The translations under genes were made by a program, and so were the position numbers. A stretch of 63,132 nucleotides of DNA, counting the filler, from Bigelowiella natans CCMP2755 (lineage: Eukaryota > Protista > Cercozoa): NCBI GenBank assembly GCA_000320545.1. It is 3 parts of 3 records of this genome, joined end to end, with 100 filler letters (N's around TTAATTAATTAA, not from the genome) between each part and the next. Parts side by side here need not be neighbours in the genome. Positions count along the whole stretch, not along the records: positions 30,879 to 50,735 come from ADNK01002495.1; positions 50,836 to 63,132 come from ADNK01001411.1; 1 more part is not named here. One strand, 5' to 3'. Within the stretch, counting starts at the first letter, position 1, and every line of letters starts with the position of its first letter. Of this stretch, positions 42,064-54,120 are shown piece after piece. Under the pieces are notes generated by a model, which saw nothing but the letters and a program-made list of their open reading frames with translations, searched no databases and had not been told where the DNA came from.

Positions 42064-43620
42064 CAATTAAATAGCAGACTGAAATCCCCAATCGTGGAGA
42101 GAGACAGAAGAATAATTGGGGAGTATTTACGTAATGGACACACAGAGATGATTGTGCATGCTCAGCTCGCACCCCTCCCCCCATCCAATAGGAAACCCAT
42201 ACCAAATCACATTGAATACTCCTCGTAGAGAGTAAGAGGGCGAGCGTGAGAAGGAAAGAGAGATGGATAGAGAAGTAGTAGTAGAAGAAGAAGAAAAAGA
42301 AGAAGAAGAAGAAAAAGAAAAAAAAAAAGAATAAGAAGGAAGTGGGGGCGTGTACCAACCTTGGCCAGGAGTTGGGCACCCAAATCGCACAGATCAGCTG
42401 GTGTGACTGTACTCTTCGTCTTCTTTTCCTTGAGTTCTTTCAGCCCGCTTGAGAAGCTGCTATATAGCTCAACGAACCTCTGTGGAAATATCAGTTGTAT
42501 CACACGCTAAAATCAAAATCCAAAACTGACATAAGAGATAACGGTGGTGCCCAAATAGTTGTGCTCGTCCCCTGCCCTCCTCAATGCCTCTTAGATTTAA
42601 ACATTCAACAGATCCAGAATCAACTTAAACATTCAACAGATCCAGAATCACCTTTGCATTTTCCGCCCTGGTTCTGGCAGTAACTGGTCGAGAGGAAGAT
42701 GGACGAGAACCTACCACAGAACAATTCCCCAAAAAAATCGCACCAATTCATTCAGACAAGCAGTAATAGCAAACATGCTCTCATGCTCTCATTTGGCCTA
42801 ATTTAAATTTCTTTTCTCACCAGTCATTTTCCCAGATGAGGGACGAGATGAAGTGCGAGATGAAGGACGAGATGAAGTGCGAGATGAAGGGCGGGAGGAA
42901 GTGCGAGATGATGGCCGCGATGAGATTCTCCCCGTAACCGCACTCGCAGCGTCGTTGCCCCCCTTCCGTCCAGAATCAAGCCTAGAAGTGTTATTCATGA
43001 GCTCGGGGATGCAAGTCAAAAAAGGGTGTAGGGCTGTTGATCTACTTTACCTTGTTGATGCAGACGTGAGCGTTCCCTCCGTGTAAAAGACTGGATAATC
43101 TCGCTTTAACTCCTCGTCAGTGGTCGTGAACACGCGACTAGATGGCAAAGAATAGGTATATGAAATTGACTACGTCCTCCTGGTTGGCTCGTTCTGGAGA
43201 AACGTAAAACTGTTCTTATCATTTGATTGGAAAATACCTATCGCGACCAACAAGTGGGGTGAAAGGCCGAGAAGGTTCTTTCAACGAAGCCTTTGCTCGA
43301 AGACTGTTCCGTCGCCCCCCATGAACAGTTGCCCGAGCTTCAAAATTGCACATCAATGGCTCTCAACTCAAAAAGGGCAAATAAATTGGATTTAAGAAGC
43401 AAACCTCGAGCTAGTGTGTCTCTTATGGTAGAGTTCTTGTGCCAATCCGACATCTTAACGCTTCTTTGCGCTTACTTCTGATTCTGTTACCGCGCTCTTG
43501 CTATCTGTTTCTTCTTCTCGATGTGATGCCTTTCCCTCCTTGCAGCTTTCTGCCCTTTCTCCTCAACTTTTTCCTCACCAGCCCCGGTCCAAAACAATTT
43601 TTTGCGTGCTTTCTCTTCTA
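36138..43620 (-). CDS. ARMC2: Armadillo repeat-containing protein 2 (radial-spoke IFT adapter/PF27-like); start approximate
   Basis: N-terminal RAKASLKEPSRPFTP motif. ARM exons: LLQITTILRNLA, VENLLTKVVRLLANVSINEKIG, SEEVVLNVISAITNISYYQ, AVRVLGNFSRNQ, VLLDHADHDIIFATAGVVLNISTD, IICKILVNLS. Confidence 0.8.
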
Positions 43621-43990
43621 AACTGCCAGATCCAAGAACCGGCTCTGCAAGGGAGAAGATTGGGGGGAGGGAAAGACTGCTCTCCAACACACCGTTCAGA
43701 TCCGTTTACACCCTCAAAATAGAAATGGAGGCTATTTTCGCCAAATGGTGCCACTATAAGTAAGATTCAAGTAGTATCAGATATAAACGACCCGCGATGA
43801 AATTCCCTTGGATTATTTACTGTAGAATGATCCTTTTGGCTTAAATCGGTGATAACGCACTGTAAGACTTATGCAGTTCCATTTCAAAAAGGTAGGAATA
43901 TCCAGCTTACGGAATGAAATCACGTTAAATCGGGAAAAAGGCAGGGCATTTGATATTCTGCGACAAAATTCAAATTATCAGTTCTGGCGC

Positions 43991-44640
43991 AATGACTCTT
44001 TGGCAGGTGCCCTACCCCAACCACTCCTTTTCCAACTTCTCTCCCTTAGTTATCTACTTTAGCATTTCTGCTCTGCCATATTATCAACCGATTTTGTTTC
44101 AAGCGATACGTCATCTACTCTACTACTTCTTCTTCGCATTCGTTTGCCCCCTAATGTGTGGGCTTTATATTTGATGCGTGCATCTATTGTCTGGCTGCGG
44201 CTGCTTTTTGTTGTTTGAACATCCGAGCAGAAATGGTTCCAGCTATGCATCTCGTTGTCGTTTATCAGTATTCGATTCTGGTGCGAAGTCGTACATCTTA
44301 TCCCTTTTATTTCCCTGAAGGTAGTTGTCAACTAACTCGCGAAATAGCTGAATTCGAACCATTACCCGCTTTGTCGTGCATTTCCCCTTTATCTCTGGCG
44401 CTATATTTTAATGATTTATAAAGTTGGAATGGAGATCTCCGAAACCCATCATCTCGTAGCGTTTGGATTGTTTGGGCTCTTACCTTTATCTTGTGCTTTT
44501 ATTCTTGTTCGCTTTGTTGAACGAAGCAAAAGGAGAGTTTATCGATGGGAGTGCTTTGCATTGGCCTTAAGACCTTCCTTGCCTCGCAGGTTGTCCGAGA
44601 CATTTATAATCCGTTTTTGAAGCACTAGCCCCAAATGCAT

Positions 44641-44694
<54 letters not shown>

Positions 44695-46110
44695 GCACAC
44701 GCTCTCTCGTTTAATTCCAATCCATCTACAGGAGCATCTAGTTCGACGTCGTAGTATGCATGTCGTTAGAACTACCTCCGACGACATAGAAGCAACCGTT
44801 ATCTGCTGACAACGATATCTGCTATCTCATTCTACTTTCTGCCATTCAGTTTCAAATCGGTAGCTTAATGGACAAGAAGGCGATGGCGAACGGCTGGAAG
44901 AGCATCCGTGCTTCACTGAATCGTGGCCGCGGTACTCCTTTCGCAGCATAATTTATAAGCCCCGTATGTTTGGAGAAAGGGAAATTTGGGTGGCGTTGGA
45001 GAGAAACACCTGTAAGCTTACACGTGTGCTAATTCAGGGGTTGCGCTCCTTGTAAACCACGTATCGAAGCTGGACGGTATAAGCACTCATCCATTCAGCA
45101 TCTCATTAATCATAGAATTTCGGCTATTTTCCCTCGTCTCTACTCGTAAATTCTCCCACTGTGCGATCACCAACGACAGACTCTGATTGCTAATCACGAC
45201 GTCCATCGGCTTCATTCACAACTACCATTCCAATGTTAACAACTATTATTATTATTATTATTATTATTATCATCATCATGTAGGTCTGCTTCTGGGCATG
45301 TTTGCACCTCTGGATATCACCATGAAGTGCAAGACCTACATGAAATCCGACCTGTAAGAACAACGAATGAACTAAAAAACTACTGCATATTACCATCATC
45401 CCACCCAACAAACGCCTATCAACGCATGTCTGCGCGCATGTACTTTGGAATGTACACACACAATATGAAAAACGTGTGTGTGTGTGTGTGTGTGTGTGTT
45501 TGTGTGTTTGTGTGTGCGATTCGCTTAATTGCTCATGTGCCTTCCTGCCCTCCCTCTGCTATACATCCTTGACCCCCATTAATGCCTCTCGGCCTTCAGA
45601 TTCGATGCGTTCCTTACAGGCCGTATCTGGACTCTGGTCAGAAAATAGAGGGGATGACATGCGCGCGCGCGCGCGCGTGTGTTTGTGTGTGTGTGAAGGC
45701 TGACAACATATGTGCGCTTTGGGGCTGCTTACAGAACTGTAATGAAGCGATGTTATGATTATGTTGCATCGGATCATCACCATCATCATCCTCATCACGT
45801 AGTATGATAATACAACACAGGTCGGTCACCTTCCTGTCCACTTTAAATCCGAAGAAAAAGGCGTTTTCAAAGTCGATAGGGTAATGCTGCTGCTGCTGCT
45901 GCTACCGCTGCTGACGAAAAATGATGCGTCGTGTATTATTATGGCAAGATAGGCAGCAGTTGTTAGAACCCTGACATCATCATCATCATCATCATCACTA
46001 TCATCGTCATCTTCATCGTGTTTTATCGAATTGTTGTTCGTCGCTGCCCCCCTCCTCTGATCAACAATGGCTGGCTTAAGAGATTCGTGGATCGAAAGCA
46101 GCAACTTGAT

Positions 46111-46154
<44 letters not shown>

Positions 46155-46470
46155 ACTCTTATTTTCTATGATGTAGGAAAAGCAGGCGATTGTTACCCAA
46201 AAACTTTCTGCTTTCATGAAGACTGGAAAGGTGAGATAAGGACTTAGCTACTGTGTTAAATGTGTACATTTTTCATTTCCTGTTTATTTATCATTTATGT
46301 AAGTGCCTGCAAAGATTGATGAAGGCTTGGTTGTGTGTGGTATTTCTGCCGTCTAGATTCTGATTTTCTGCCCAGAAGGCCAGATCAGCCAAGATCCATC
46401 AAAGCTCCAACGTAATAATCAATTCTTATCATAAAAGAAAATAGGTAGATGGTGGTTCTCGCTATGGTTG

Positions 46471-46501
<31 letters not shown>

Positions 46502-46524
46502 AATGATGACAGCGACTCAAAGTG

Positions 46525-46558
<34 letters not shown>

Positions 46559-46922
46559 CAGTAGTAGTAGTCGTTGTAGTAGTAGTAGCAAGGACCACGT
46601 GAGAATGACTACGCACTTCTCCAGGAAGAGATTTTGATTGTAGCTGTTGGTGATGGATGTGTTGTTGATATCTACCAGCCTTCCGTCGCGGTTCTTTTGC
46701 GATGGTCGCCGAGCTAGGAATGGACGTCTGGTTGTCTTACTATCACACGCATTATTCGACTACTCCTCCTCATCATCATCCTTTTCTCTTAGGGCATTTA
46801 CCACTCACAACGCGCAGAAAGTTTGGCCAAATTCTCAAAAAATGGGAGGATTTCCTGGTACTGCTTATCCATGAATTCATATAATATGTAAGAATCCCCT
46901 TCTTTCTCTGCTTCTTCTTCTT

Positions 46923-46955
<33 letters not shown>

Positions 46956-47520
46956 TTACTACACTCACCAACAACGGAGTATTATTCATCTCTTTGCATG
47001 ATATTATGGAAGCTTGGGGGTTGAGGACTGAGTGCACAACGACGACTTACTTGATTCCTACATTGCTGCTGCTATTCGCTGTCGTTGTCTCTACGCTATC
47101 AATTTCATCATCTCATTCTTCGAGCAGATAACTAAAGGAGGAAGTTGTTGTTGTTGTTGTTCCCTAATACTATTTCAGCCACCCTGAAGCTGTCGATCAC
47201 GAAGCTTCATGATGGGAAAGTTGAGAAGGACGATGTGAGTATTTTCCATGCACACGCTAATAAGTTTTGTTCATTTGTTGGTCTTCGCTCATCATTGCTG
47301 CTGCTGTTATCGTAATTGTAGTTTCCCACATGACGTCACCGCCCCACTCTGTTTTCTCTTCTTCTTCTTCTTATTGTTATCCTGTTGTCGCGGATACCAG
47401 ATCAAGGGGGCTTGCATCAGGCTCTCCGAGGAAACACAGAAAAAAATGCAGAAGGAGGTGGACAGGTAGTAGCAAAGACGATGGGTAGATAATTGAGAGA
47501 GAGACAGAGAGACAGAGAGA

Positions 47521-47561
<41 letters not shown>

Positions 47562-47681
47562 CAACGCCAATGTGTCTCCGCAACAAGCATTTCAGATGAC
47601 AGATATATAGTAACCTAATCGTTTGCTGCAACGCAAAACACAACTAGGCATTTCTCCGGGGAATCAAAGCAGAACCAGTAA
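43991..47681 (+). CDS. 1-acyl-sn-glycerol-3-phosphate acyltransferase (PlsC/LPAAT family); start approximate
   Basis: Motif I in VALLVNHVSKLD; VGHLPVHFKSEEKGVFKVDR|EKQ; motif III in ILIFCPEGQIS; PFRRGSFAMVAELGMDVW; stop TAA 47679-47681. Confidence 0.85.
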
Positions 47682-47993
47682 TAATAATGGCGGAGTACCC
47701 ACATGATTTTTTACCGGCGGCAGCAGCTGCCTCGAATACATTTTTTGTAGAATGGAGGACGGCTGCTGCTTTGACACGGAATTTTCTTATCCACACGCCA
47801 GTCGGCCTGAGTACGGAAATAATACGTTCGATATCATAATAGTAAGAATTAGAAGGAAGATGACTTCTCTCCACGCTTGTTTCCGCATAGTTTTTCTTCT
47901 TTTACATCATGATTTTGAACGGAGAGGCATGGCTCAAAGACGGTTTCTGCTGCTTTTCGAGTGTCTTCATGCAGAATCATCATCGCCATCATC

Positions 47994-48036
<43 letters not shown>

Positions 48037-48114
48037 ATATTAAAGTAGCCCGAGCGCTCCGGATGCGGTGTCTTAAACTGAGCCGCAGCAGCGATAAGCA
48101 GATATATGACTAGA

Positions 48115-48153
<39 letters not shown>

Positions 48154-48199
48154 ATTACTTTTGTAAAAATGTATTTTTTTCAAAAAACATCCGTCTCAC

Positions 48200-49040
48200 A
48201 CACTTATCTGTAGCTAGATGCATTACGTGCATAGCCATACAATATTGAAAAAAGGTTGAATTTGCTAATCAACAAACCTTTATGCAATAGTAAACATAAT
48301 GCTGTACTGTCCTGACAAATGATCTGATCCCTGTAACCTCAGCGCTTGCGTACGGCGTATATCTCTAGACCTAGCTAACTAGCGCTACAATAATAAGCAC
48401 GCTTCATCAATTCTGAGCTTCAATGATGCCCAACCGTAATCAGCAGAGTCCGAACGAATCTAGGTCTGCTAGTCTGCTGTACTGTGAACGTAGCGTGTCG
48501 TGTATATATGCTAAAAGTATAAGGCTGCTAATGCAATGCAAATAATGGCATAGCGACATAATAATTCTAGATAAAATGCGCAAGATAATGCTAGATAGAA
48601 CTAGAGAATACGAATAATATATGTACAGACCCCTGCTACCTAGCTAGACCCGCGCGCGCTATTAGTTCTATCTGATACGATTTATTTAATATGGTAGCTG
48701 CGCCATCTGCAAGTTTGCCAAGGTTTAAAGGCCGGTCTTGTGGCAGACGCACACATACTGCATATCGTACCGCAGTACTAGAGTATCTAGCTAGCTAGGT
48801 ATGCGTGCAGAATAATGCGACATTCATACGCAGGCGTCATACCCCCACATCTAGATGTCACGCACACAGCTTTTCGGCACTAAGCTAGTAGGCTAGTAAG
48901 CTAGCTAGCTAGAATCTCACAGTACAAGAGTGGCGTCACATCAGCAGTGCATCTAGCTAGCTAGAATCTCACAGTACAAGAGTGGCGTCACATCAGCAGT
49001 GCATCTAGCTAGCTAGGTGGACATGCTAGCATGCACACGC
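48200..49040. other. CTAG-saturated intergenic island between convergent genes
   Basis: More than 20 CTAG by hand count in about 700 nt, including four (CTAG)3 runs. TpA is largely intact in the left part. Confidence 0.85.
48901..49016. repeat. Perfect 52-bp tandem duplication bounded by (CTAG)3
   Basis: ctagctagctagaatctcacagtacaagagtggcgtcacatcagcagtgcat occurs at 48901-48952 and 48953-49004, followed by a third ctagctagctag. Confidence 0.95.
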
Positions 49041-49246
49041 TGTGGCATTTCTCTCCAAGGTCGTTGCAACCCAAATGCGATGTATGTCTAGCTGTGCGGG
49101 ATTCCTACGCGGCGTAATGAATACTGCGTACAGTACAGCTCAGCGCTCCTGCCACAACACTATGAAGCTCATCATCATATGTCTTGTTAATAACTCTGAC
49201 GTAATCCACATATCACGGTTGCATTATCTCGCCGCTATTACAATCG

Positions 49247-49832
49247 TCATCGTGATTTTGCCCTGGATCGCAAGCTTCCGTCCCACTGGCTAGAAGAATT
49301 TTGCCTCCTTGACCGTAGGGTAATTTCCGTTGGCGATTTTGTCCTTTTCATCGCCACTGAGCTCCTGCCAAAGAGAGCGTCTTCCGGCGAAAAGTGATGG
49401 CCATTCTTGACCGAGTCAAATGCTATTGGATTGCTGGATTTGCTGCTGACACCATTCTGGGAGGACATATAGCTCTCTTCGAAAAGGTCGTCCCCTTTCA
49501 TGAGGAGCTTCTCCTTGTTGGGTGCTAGTTGATTCATGGAGGATGATGATGAGGAGGTCTGTTTGCGACGCCCAACGTGTTGCTGCCGCTGCTTCTCCGT
49601 AGGAGTATGCAAAGAATCTATCGTGAACGACGACGAGTGAATCGAAATCTACGCAAAGAAAATGAGGAGGAGGAGGAGGAGGAGGAGGAGGAGGAGGAGT
49701 GTTAAGTGGTAAAAATAAACGGTGTGAGGATAATCGGGGGCGACTAGGAAGGAAATAAATCGAGGGATACGTGCATGGCAGGTAGCAACAAATAAAGACA
49801 GTGTAGTTGTAGTATAAGGACAATTACAATGG

Positions 49833-49868
<36 letters not shown>

Positions 49869-50130
49869 TTTACCGACGACTTGCGCTCCTTCTTGCTATG
49901 CTTGACCTCAGCCTTTTTACTGCTACGACTATTAGAGCTGCTGCTGCTACTACCATCACTACTACTAATGCTGCTATTTGCTGTGTTGTTGCCCCTCTTT
50001 GTCGCCGTCCCCTTCTTCTTCCTGCCAGGGCGTGGGTACTTGGCATCGGATACAGCTAGTGGAAAATCCGTCGCCGCCTGAGATTTTTGTTTGGCCAACA
50101 AACAACTCTATTTCAGTTAGATGCCCTCCA
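49247..50130 (-). CDS. Ser/Lys-rich low-complexity protein (two or more exons), function unknown
   Basis: ORFs 49649..50101 and 49247..49612 can be joined via GT (49871) and AG (49649-49650); no domain recognised. Confidence 0.4.
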
Positions 50131-50389
50131 TCATTGATATAATTTTTGGCACGCTACTGGACTGACACAAGAACGGATGGAATTTTTTGTCTCACGAGAT
50201 TCGGGGAGGGGGGGGGAGGGAGGAAAATGCTGCAGACAACAATCCTCGGTGTATTTTGGCCATCTGCTTTTTCTTTTTCTTCTATGTCGGTACATTCGCC
50301 TTGCTGTTGCTGCTGTGTGCCATTTATAGAGTTTGGCACTATTCTTACTATTAGTCACCATCACCCTCATCAATATCATCATCATCATT

Positions 50390-50631
50390 TTAAGATGGGC
50401 AGTTGCACGCAAAAAGAACCGGCTCGATGTTCAGGCTGATGCCCGCCTTCAGGTCGGTCTCGTAGAACCCAGCCATAATGCTCGTGAGCGATGTTGCCAC
50501 CACCGAAGCTGGCAGCCATCCTTTCAAATCCGCGTTCACAACCCAAACTAGCCTACACCAGTTCTCATCTGCTACGGGGTCACCGTCGCCTTTGCCCTCA
50601 AGAATGACATAGCCGTTGGTATATCCGAACC
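50390..50631 (-). CDS. Last exon of a START-domain lipid-transfer protein; the rest is in or beyond the gap
   Basis: GFGYTNGYVILEG...CRLVWVVNADLKGWLPASVVATSLTSIMAGFY matches the START C-terminal DLKGWLP motif and final helix. Confidence 0.75.
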
Positions 50632-50735
50632 CTGACAGGGGAGAAGAGAATGGAAGTAGTAGAAGGAAAGAAAGAGGAGGAGAGAGGGTGAGGAGGAGGA
50701 ATGGGATTACGAATGATCTCCCTCCCCCCCCCCCC

Positions 50736-50835
50736 NNNNNNNNNNNNNNNNNNNNNNNNNNNNNNNNNNNNNNNNNNNNTTAATTAATTAANNNNNNNNN
50801 NNNNNNNNNNNNNNNNNNNNNNNNNNNNNNNNNNN
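50736..50835. other. Assembly gap/linker (44 N + TTAATTAATTAA + 44 N)
   Basis: Same fixed spacer as at 30779. Confidence 0.98.
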
Positions 50836-50939
50836 GGAATAAACCCTCCCTCCCTCCCTCCCCCCCCCCTGACTTCTAAAAGAACTTCGAAGTCTTCGGT
50901 TCCTTTGTGATGGATTGGTGTGATTTATGATGTAGAGCA

Positions 50940-51033
50940 ACCTCCTTCATATGTTTGATTCCTGGCGATGAAATCTGCCACTCCCTGCAGCACCACCATC
51001 ATAAATATTTAGAAATACTTTTATACTTTTATA

Positions 51034-51101
<68 letters not shown>

Positions 51102-51528
51102 CATTCGAGAAATCCCTATAACCGCCTCAAGGTCAGCTGTGCAGGCACATATTGCAATAATACCATCTCCCCCCAATCGTCAGGCGTATTTTCTCATTGT
51201 TATATCGTTACTGTAATTGCTATCTTTATAAGCAGAAGCAGTACACACATCAGCAAGCTCCGGAGTTATGATATTCAGAAGAGATGCCACAGCCTGTACG
51301 CGTTTTTTGAGAGAGGGGAAACAGTATTTCAGGGGAGGGGGGGGGGAGAGTCTGGTGTTAGTTCGTATATTGCATTCGTTGGCTAATTGTTAAAAAGCTA
51401 CACTTATTATGACAAAGATAGCAATAATAGGACAACAATAGAGCAGCAGCAGCAGCAGCAGCAGCAGCACCATAGAAGTGTAAGTGCCTCGTGTGTCCAC
51501 TTCGCCGCCCTGCCGATTTATAGAAGAA

Positions 51529-51566
<38 letters not shown>

Positions 51567-51576
51567 TAATGATCAT

Positions 51577-51607
<31 letters not shown>

Positions 51608-53393
51608 TGGAGGAAGAGGAGGAAAAAAAATCATCTGCATTGTAGGGAGGATTCACCGTTTTGGTACTATCATAGAAGGCTTGTATATTATTAGTGACAA
51701 CAACAACTGCTGCTGCTACTACTACTTCTAGTTATTACCTCGGTTACTTGAAATCCACCCCTCAAAGGGCCTTTCTTCACCTTGTTAATGGGTAGAAGAA
51801 CATGCAATATGCATATGCTCTTTACCAATCGGCATCATCATCATCATCAACAACAACATGCTGAAGAGAGGTAGTTGCTGTCTTTCGGCCTCTCTAAGGG
51901 AGGGGTATGAAGTGATAGTGACGATAAAGATGCTGTTGTTATTATTTTTGAATGCTGGGGAGGGGGGGGGATGGAGGGAGATATTGTGATCCCTCACCTT
52001 CACTGACATCAGGAAATCGTACATTTTTTGCCTAACACAACCAGATAGAACTCAACGAACACGAATAAATCTGAACTTATCTTTAACTTTCCAGTTAAAC
52101 TCTTCCAGCCTCCATTTCATCATCATCATCATCATCATCATCGTCGTCGTCGTCGTCGTCATCATCGTTGATACCTGTCAACCATCTTAAAGCCTTTCTC
52201 ACTCCCAGCAATGACGAGAGACATCACCTGATGTCGTGGTGGTTGTTTCTTGCTTTATTACATGCTTTTTACCAGCAGCAGCAGGAGGAACGATGCACAC
52301 AGTACCCAACACATCATACACTAGATCAACACGCTGAGTTGTCGTTGTCGTCGTCGTAACATATAATCGGTGAGCAACTGTTTGATGTGGACAACAAATC
52401 CACATGTTCATTAAATGTACGTCATCTTCCCCTTGGAATTCTAAGAAAGGCACCCACTCGCGACCCTTCAATTCTGATGTGGTTTTTTTTTTTTTTCCTT
52501 CTTCTCCTTCTTCCTCTTTTGCCTCTCCCCCCTTACATATAGATTATCAAATACTGACCGCCGCGTATGTCGGTGCGAGATGCGGCCTTTGCTGCGGCCC
52601 CCCTCCAAACCCCCCACTATCCGCTGGACAACGAGCGATTATGTTGCGCGAAACGAACGACAACAAACAATCACAGAGTCAACTTCAGATGATGAGAAAT
52701 CAGGGAGCAACGAGGAAAACTAATCATTAAAGGTTACATTGGCAACGGTTGAGGAAATTTGAGATTCGGTCTGCGTCTTGATCTCTCAGTGGACTGACAT
52801 AGGCGATAGATGGTGGTTGGTAAGGGGGGGGGGGGGGAAGATGATGGTGCGATTATGTTCATGCTGTGGTTTGTCGATCATTATCTCACAACATCTGCAT
52901 ACAAGAAAAGGTTGTGGCGTTTTGTTAGAAACCAGTCTACTCTCACATATGCATACTCGAAAGAAATTCAATGCCTATTTGATAAAGGATACTGCAGCAC
53001 GGTCCTTACCCCCTCTTGAATGCGCCAAGAAGTTCCAACGAGTGTAAAATCCAAAATAGGATCCAAGGGCGTGAGGCATCGAGACTGGCGTAGCCTCCTG
53101 GCAGCCTCCTATATGTTCACCACCGCGCACATAAAAATGACTTAAAGTACATCCATAATGCCATCTCCAAAGTCCATCAAAATCACAAAAAACGCCCTCA
53201 AGGGCAACTATTATGTCATCTCCAAAGTTACTTTAGAGCATTATTCTAGGGTATAATGGGTTCATTACGAGAGTCCTTGAACGAGGTACTCAAAATGCTC
53301 ATTCCTGTGTAGGTACGCGCGGTCTGCAGGCAAACGACTGAGAAGCTCGCCACAAAGCCTTTCGAGTCGCTTCTGTTCCTCCGAGGTAAATGT
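50940..53393 (-). CDS. FNTB: Protein farnesyltransferase beta subunit, 5' half; remainder lost in the gap
   Basis: Exons: TSEEQKRLE, LPGGYASLDASRPWILFWILHSLELLG, GGFGGGPQQRPHLAPTYAA|VMSLVIAG...VDR|QKMYDFLMSVK, GGEVDTRGTY, AVASLLNIITPELAD|GVADFIARNQTYEG. Confidence 0.93.
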
Positions 53394-54120
53394 CTGTTGT
53401 GTGAAGGAGAGGAGGAGGCCATTTTTCAGAGATACACTGTGTCGATTATGGAAATGGACACACTAGTAACTTTGTCTCCTCTATACTATGACCATTAGGG
53501 TTAACTGGCGAAGGAAAATCTTATGAATTTTGGCACTGCAAAAAACTATTGGAATCCGTTTAATGTGTAAAGCATAAATGCGTGGCAGTGAGAGCTTCTA
53601 TTTTTCTAAAACTAGATTCGGTGAATAGCATATGGCTCATACATCCAGGCCATCGGTCTTCACAGGAGCGAAAGGGCCAGCATTGGATTCAGAATCGTTA
53701 GCACTTCGTTGTTGGCTTCCCTGCTCAGCACCTCTCTTGCCGAGAACCTAAACAGGCAGGAAGGACAAAAAGCTCAAGGTCCGCAGCAGTCTCATTTCTC
53801 ACTACAATCAAAGCCAACCTTCTCCGCTTTGGTTTGGGACATGGATGGAGGCGGTTGGGGAAGCTATTGCAGGAAGGTAAGGTAGGTGTCGGAGCTCGCG
53901 GTTCGCGAGGGAAGGTGCGATGGTCGGCTGCGTTCTTCTAACCAGCGTGTTTCCGGTTGGAATAGAGTGGTATTAAGTTGTCGCATATACAAATTACATT
54001 CCATTTTGCATACCCTTGTTTATAATATTTACATAGAGCGACAATGTTTTGGTGTTGTCGCGCTATTATAGCTGCCGAATCATGAGGCAAGCGTCACTCT
54101 GTCGCCACAAGCTGAAACCC

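Noticed and set aside
42830-42920. 24-nt period repeat as a non-coding element
   Set aside because: It encodes the SSRPSSRT low-complexity stretch within the ARMC2 N-terminal region.
48901-49016. CRISPR-like repeat-spacer array
   Set aside because: The two spacers are identical, the repeat is only 12 nt and the context is eukaryotic with no cas genes; it is a tandem duplication.
50390-53393. FNTB-START domain fusion
   Set aside because: The two parts are separated by the linker gap and FNTB lacks its C-terminal half; these are most likely two truncated genes.
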